Assembly (NCBI GenBank): GCA_964016885.1
Contig: OZ024754.1
Location: 27,466,001 to 27,530,000, forward strand
DNA from: Eledone cirrhosa
Taxonomy: Eukaryota
Reading direction: 5' to 3'
DNA: 64,000 bases
This document shows, in pieces, positions 61,311 through 64,000 of the stretch. Below the pieces are notes generated by a model that was given only the letters and a program-made list of their open reading frames with translations, was not told the DNA's origin and ran no database searches. Position 1 is the stretch's first letter; each line of letters begins with the position of its first letter. A program made the position numbers and the translations under genes.

Positions 61311-61478
61311 AAAATTTATCGCACGTATACAGGAAACTGACTGGCCAGTCTGCTGATATGCAAATCTGGCTGATCAGTGGATCTGCTAATATGCAAATCA
61401 GGCCGATCAGTCACTGTGTATTTTTGAAAATACCATATATTTTCACTAGCTCTGACAGTTTGGCAGGTGAACAGTGAG

Positions 61479-61522
61479 CTGTACTGAGGAAGGGTGATAC
61501 TCAGAAACATTAGAGTCTGCAG
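61479..61522 (+). ncRNA. Type I hammerhead ribozyme within the element at 61305-61650
   Basis: CTGTA-CTGAGGA-AGGGT(GAT)ACTCA-GAAAC-ATTAGA-GTC|TGCAG. Confidence 0.7.
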
Positions 61523-61647
61523 TTCGCCTGCCAACATAAGAGCAAGAATGAAGTTTTCATTCTCCTGACATGGCTATAAAATTGAGGCTTGTTTGCAAAA
61601 TTGCAAACGAATCCAATATTATTATTGATATTCGAAAAATTCAGATT

Positions 61648-61694
<47 letters not shown>

Positions 61695-62100
61695 ACCTTA
61701 AAAACGTCATAACGAAAGTCTTTCAAATGTTTTTCATAAACATCCAGTATACAACATATACATATGTGTATAAGTGTATAATGCTATGTTGGAGACCAAT
61801 ACTATTTTGTTTTAAATTAAACCTGGCCGGCTACTGCTCCGTTTGCAAACGAGCTTCATCAGCTTATATACGTAGGACAGAAATCTATAATAATCCAGAT
61901 TATTTTTCTCTCATCGGAAGCTAGGTGGATATGCAGCCTTTGACAAGCACTAAAAATTGAGAAACAACCTTGACGGTTTCATGCCCTGGTTTAGAACATT
62001 CCTAGGTGTCAAATGTTTTTGTAAACATTGTATACAAAACGTACATATATGTGTATAGCGCAATGTTGGAGGAGCATGAATACTAATTTTATGTATATGC

Positions 62101-62187
<87 letters not shown>

Positions 62188-62724
62188 CCTGCATGATTTA
62201 GAGTGTTTATATTTAGATATGAGTGGAGAATTTACAGCAGAGGAATAACGTCAATAGATAGATAATTTCCACTACATCACTTCAACTCTTGCCATGAAAT
62301 CACGCAAAGCTGTTTATTCTATTTATTTAAAAAAAAAATCATATTTTTAAATGTTTCCCAAAACACTTCAAAATCAAAGAGTTAACGATTTATAATCTAT
62401 TAGAAGCTCATTACTGATCAATAACTGAAAATGGAAGGGCCCGTGGGAATAGATTGATAAAATAGTCATGACGTGAGTGTGAAGGTGTCGTGTGGCTCTC
62501 TATCTATTCAAACAAATAAATCAAATAAATTGTTTAACATTTGGTTTTATCACAAATTGATTCTGATGACTAACTATCGCAAGAAGTCGACATGTATAAT
62601 AATATAATATAATATATTTTCTTGAAATACCTTGTCAGAACTGTAATGTGTTTTATTTGGTAAAAGATATCTGACATTTTCTCACGCAATTTCATATGAA
62701 AATATAAGAAAATATATGCTTTCA

Positions 62725-62848
62725 TTGCTTGGTGGTTAGATTGTTCCGACACGATCGCAATGTCGTGAGTTCGCTTCACACTCGCAACAAGTGGCATGTA
62801 GTGTCCTTGAGCAAGATGCTATATTTCATGTTACTCCAGTGGTCTCAT
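62725..62848 (+). mobile_element. Old tRNA-derived SINE with CORE-like motif
   Basis: GGTGGTTAG..GAGTTCGCTTC..GTGTCCTTGAGCAAG. Confidence 0.55.
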
Positions 62849-62932
62849 CACTTATCATCCCTTTCTACTGTGTTAGCGATATCGTAAGCTCTAGTAACAG
62901 GAAAAATTGATATGTTGGTGAGGCTTCTTTAC

Positions 62933-62967
<35 letters not shown>

Positions 62968-63011
62968 GATTTGTATTCCAATGTTACTAAGTAGTTGCAT
63001 TGGATGGAGTC

Positions 63012-64000
63012 AAAATATATCCATAAGGATCTCCCGACTGTCGTCTAATTTGCAGACCTTCAACGAGCATGCTGAATATTATAATGACGCACTTAGAAAA
63101 GCTGGTTACTGCGAGAAAATTGAATATCTAGACGATAACCACATAAGTACTATGATTAAAACACATCTAAGTCGAACTAGTATTGCACCACACACACACA
63201 TCAATAGGCATACTAATAGGTGCAAACCAGCAAATGGAGTCAGACGTAGAGAGTACATATGGTATAACCCCGTGTACAATATTTCTATTAGCACAATTCT
63301 ATACACTAATCAATAAACACTTTACAACTTCACATAAATACTATAAAATCTTTAACTCGCGCACCATTAGACTCTCATACTCCACTGCACCTAACATAGA
63401 GCAACTAATTAAAAAACTCAACTCAGCAATACTAAATAAGTACATCCCTAATGACTCAGCGCACCAGCATAGCAACATACAACGCACTAACACGCAACTA
63501 CAACCCCACCAAACTATCCAGGATTCTACTGCAAAACATAAAAATAATTGTAACTGCACCAAACCAGGTACGTGCCCACTGAATAACCAGTGCCTAGCAC
63601 GCAATATTGTCTACCGATAAATAATAAATTCCGGAACCAACAAATGGTATTACGTCGGATGTACCGCAACTTCTTTCAAAGCTCGCCTATACCAACATCG
63701 ATCTTCGATCAAGCACGAGAAAATGCGCTCCGTAACAACCCTCGCCGATAAAGCCTGGCAGCTCCGGAGGAACAATCAAGCATTCTCCCTTGATTGGCAA
63801 ATTATTGCAGCTGTGCCTGCATGTAAACAAAATCATCGATTCTGCAAATTATGCAATTTGGAGATATACTGCATTTTAACGTCGGTAAACAAACTTTTGA
63901 ACAGCAAAATTGAACGTTCACTATACTGTAACCAACGTTTGAAAACGACTTTTTCTTTTTTTAAATGCATATAATGTTACCTTTTTACACCACCGTTTGC
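63012..64000 (+). pseudogene. Second copy of the 15460 Naiad-like PLE (frameshift, stop), running off the window end
   Basis: Highly similar to 15512-16516; deletion at ~63293; TAA at 63618. Confidence 0.88.

Overview
Eukaryotic, AT-rich, microsatellite-saturated DNA. The SINEs and the (TA)n/(CA)n density resemble cephalopod (Octopus-like) genomes, which is an inference. I find no convincing host gene. The window is a nest of Penelope-like retroelements (PLEs: RT plus GIY-YIG endonuclease). It holds five Naiad-like pieces, one 5'-truncated Neptune-like element, and one near-full-length element with direct pseudo-LTRs and two frameshifts. There are also many non-coding PLE-type derivatives, nearly all inserted in (TA)n tracts, and most carry minimal type I hammerhead ribozymes (HHR) with a palindromic stem III. 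The centrepiece is an 8.6-kb array of near-identical 465-bp units, each with an intact HHR (18 copies). It looks like a retrozyme and has the same insertion architecture as the PLEs: inverted arm, direct arm, ~70-nt tail, all within (TA)n. Also present: a 496-bp array and a 310-bp unit with HHR-like cores, HHR variants with multi-helix stem II, young Nin-domain tRNA SINEs with TSDs, a Tc1/mariner MITE and mariner-type excision footprints.
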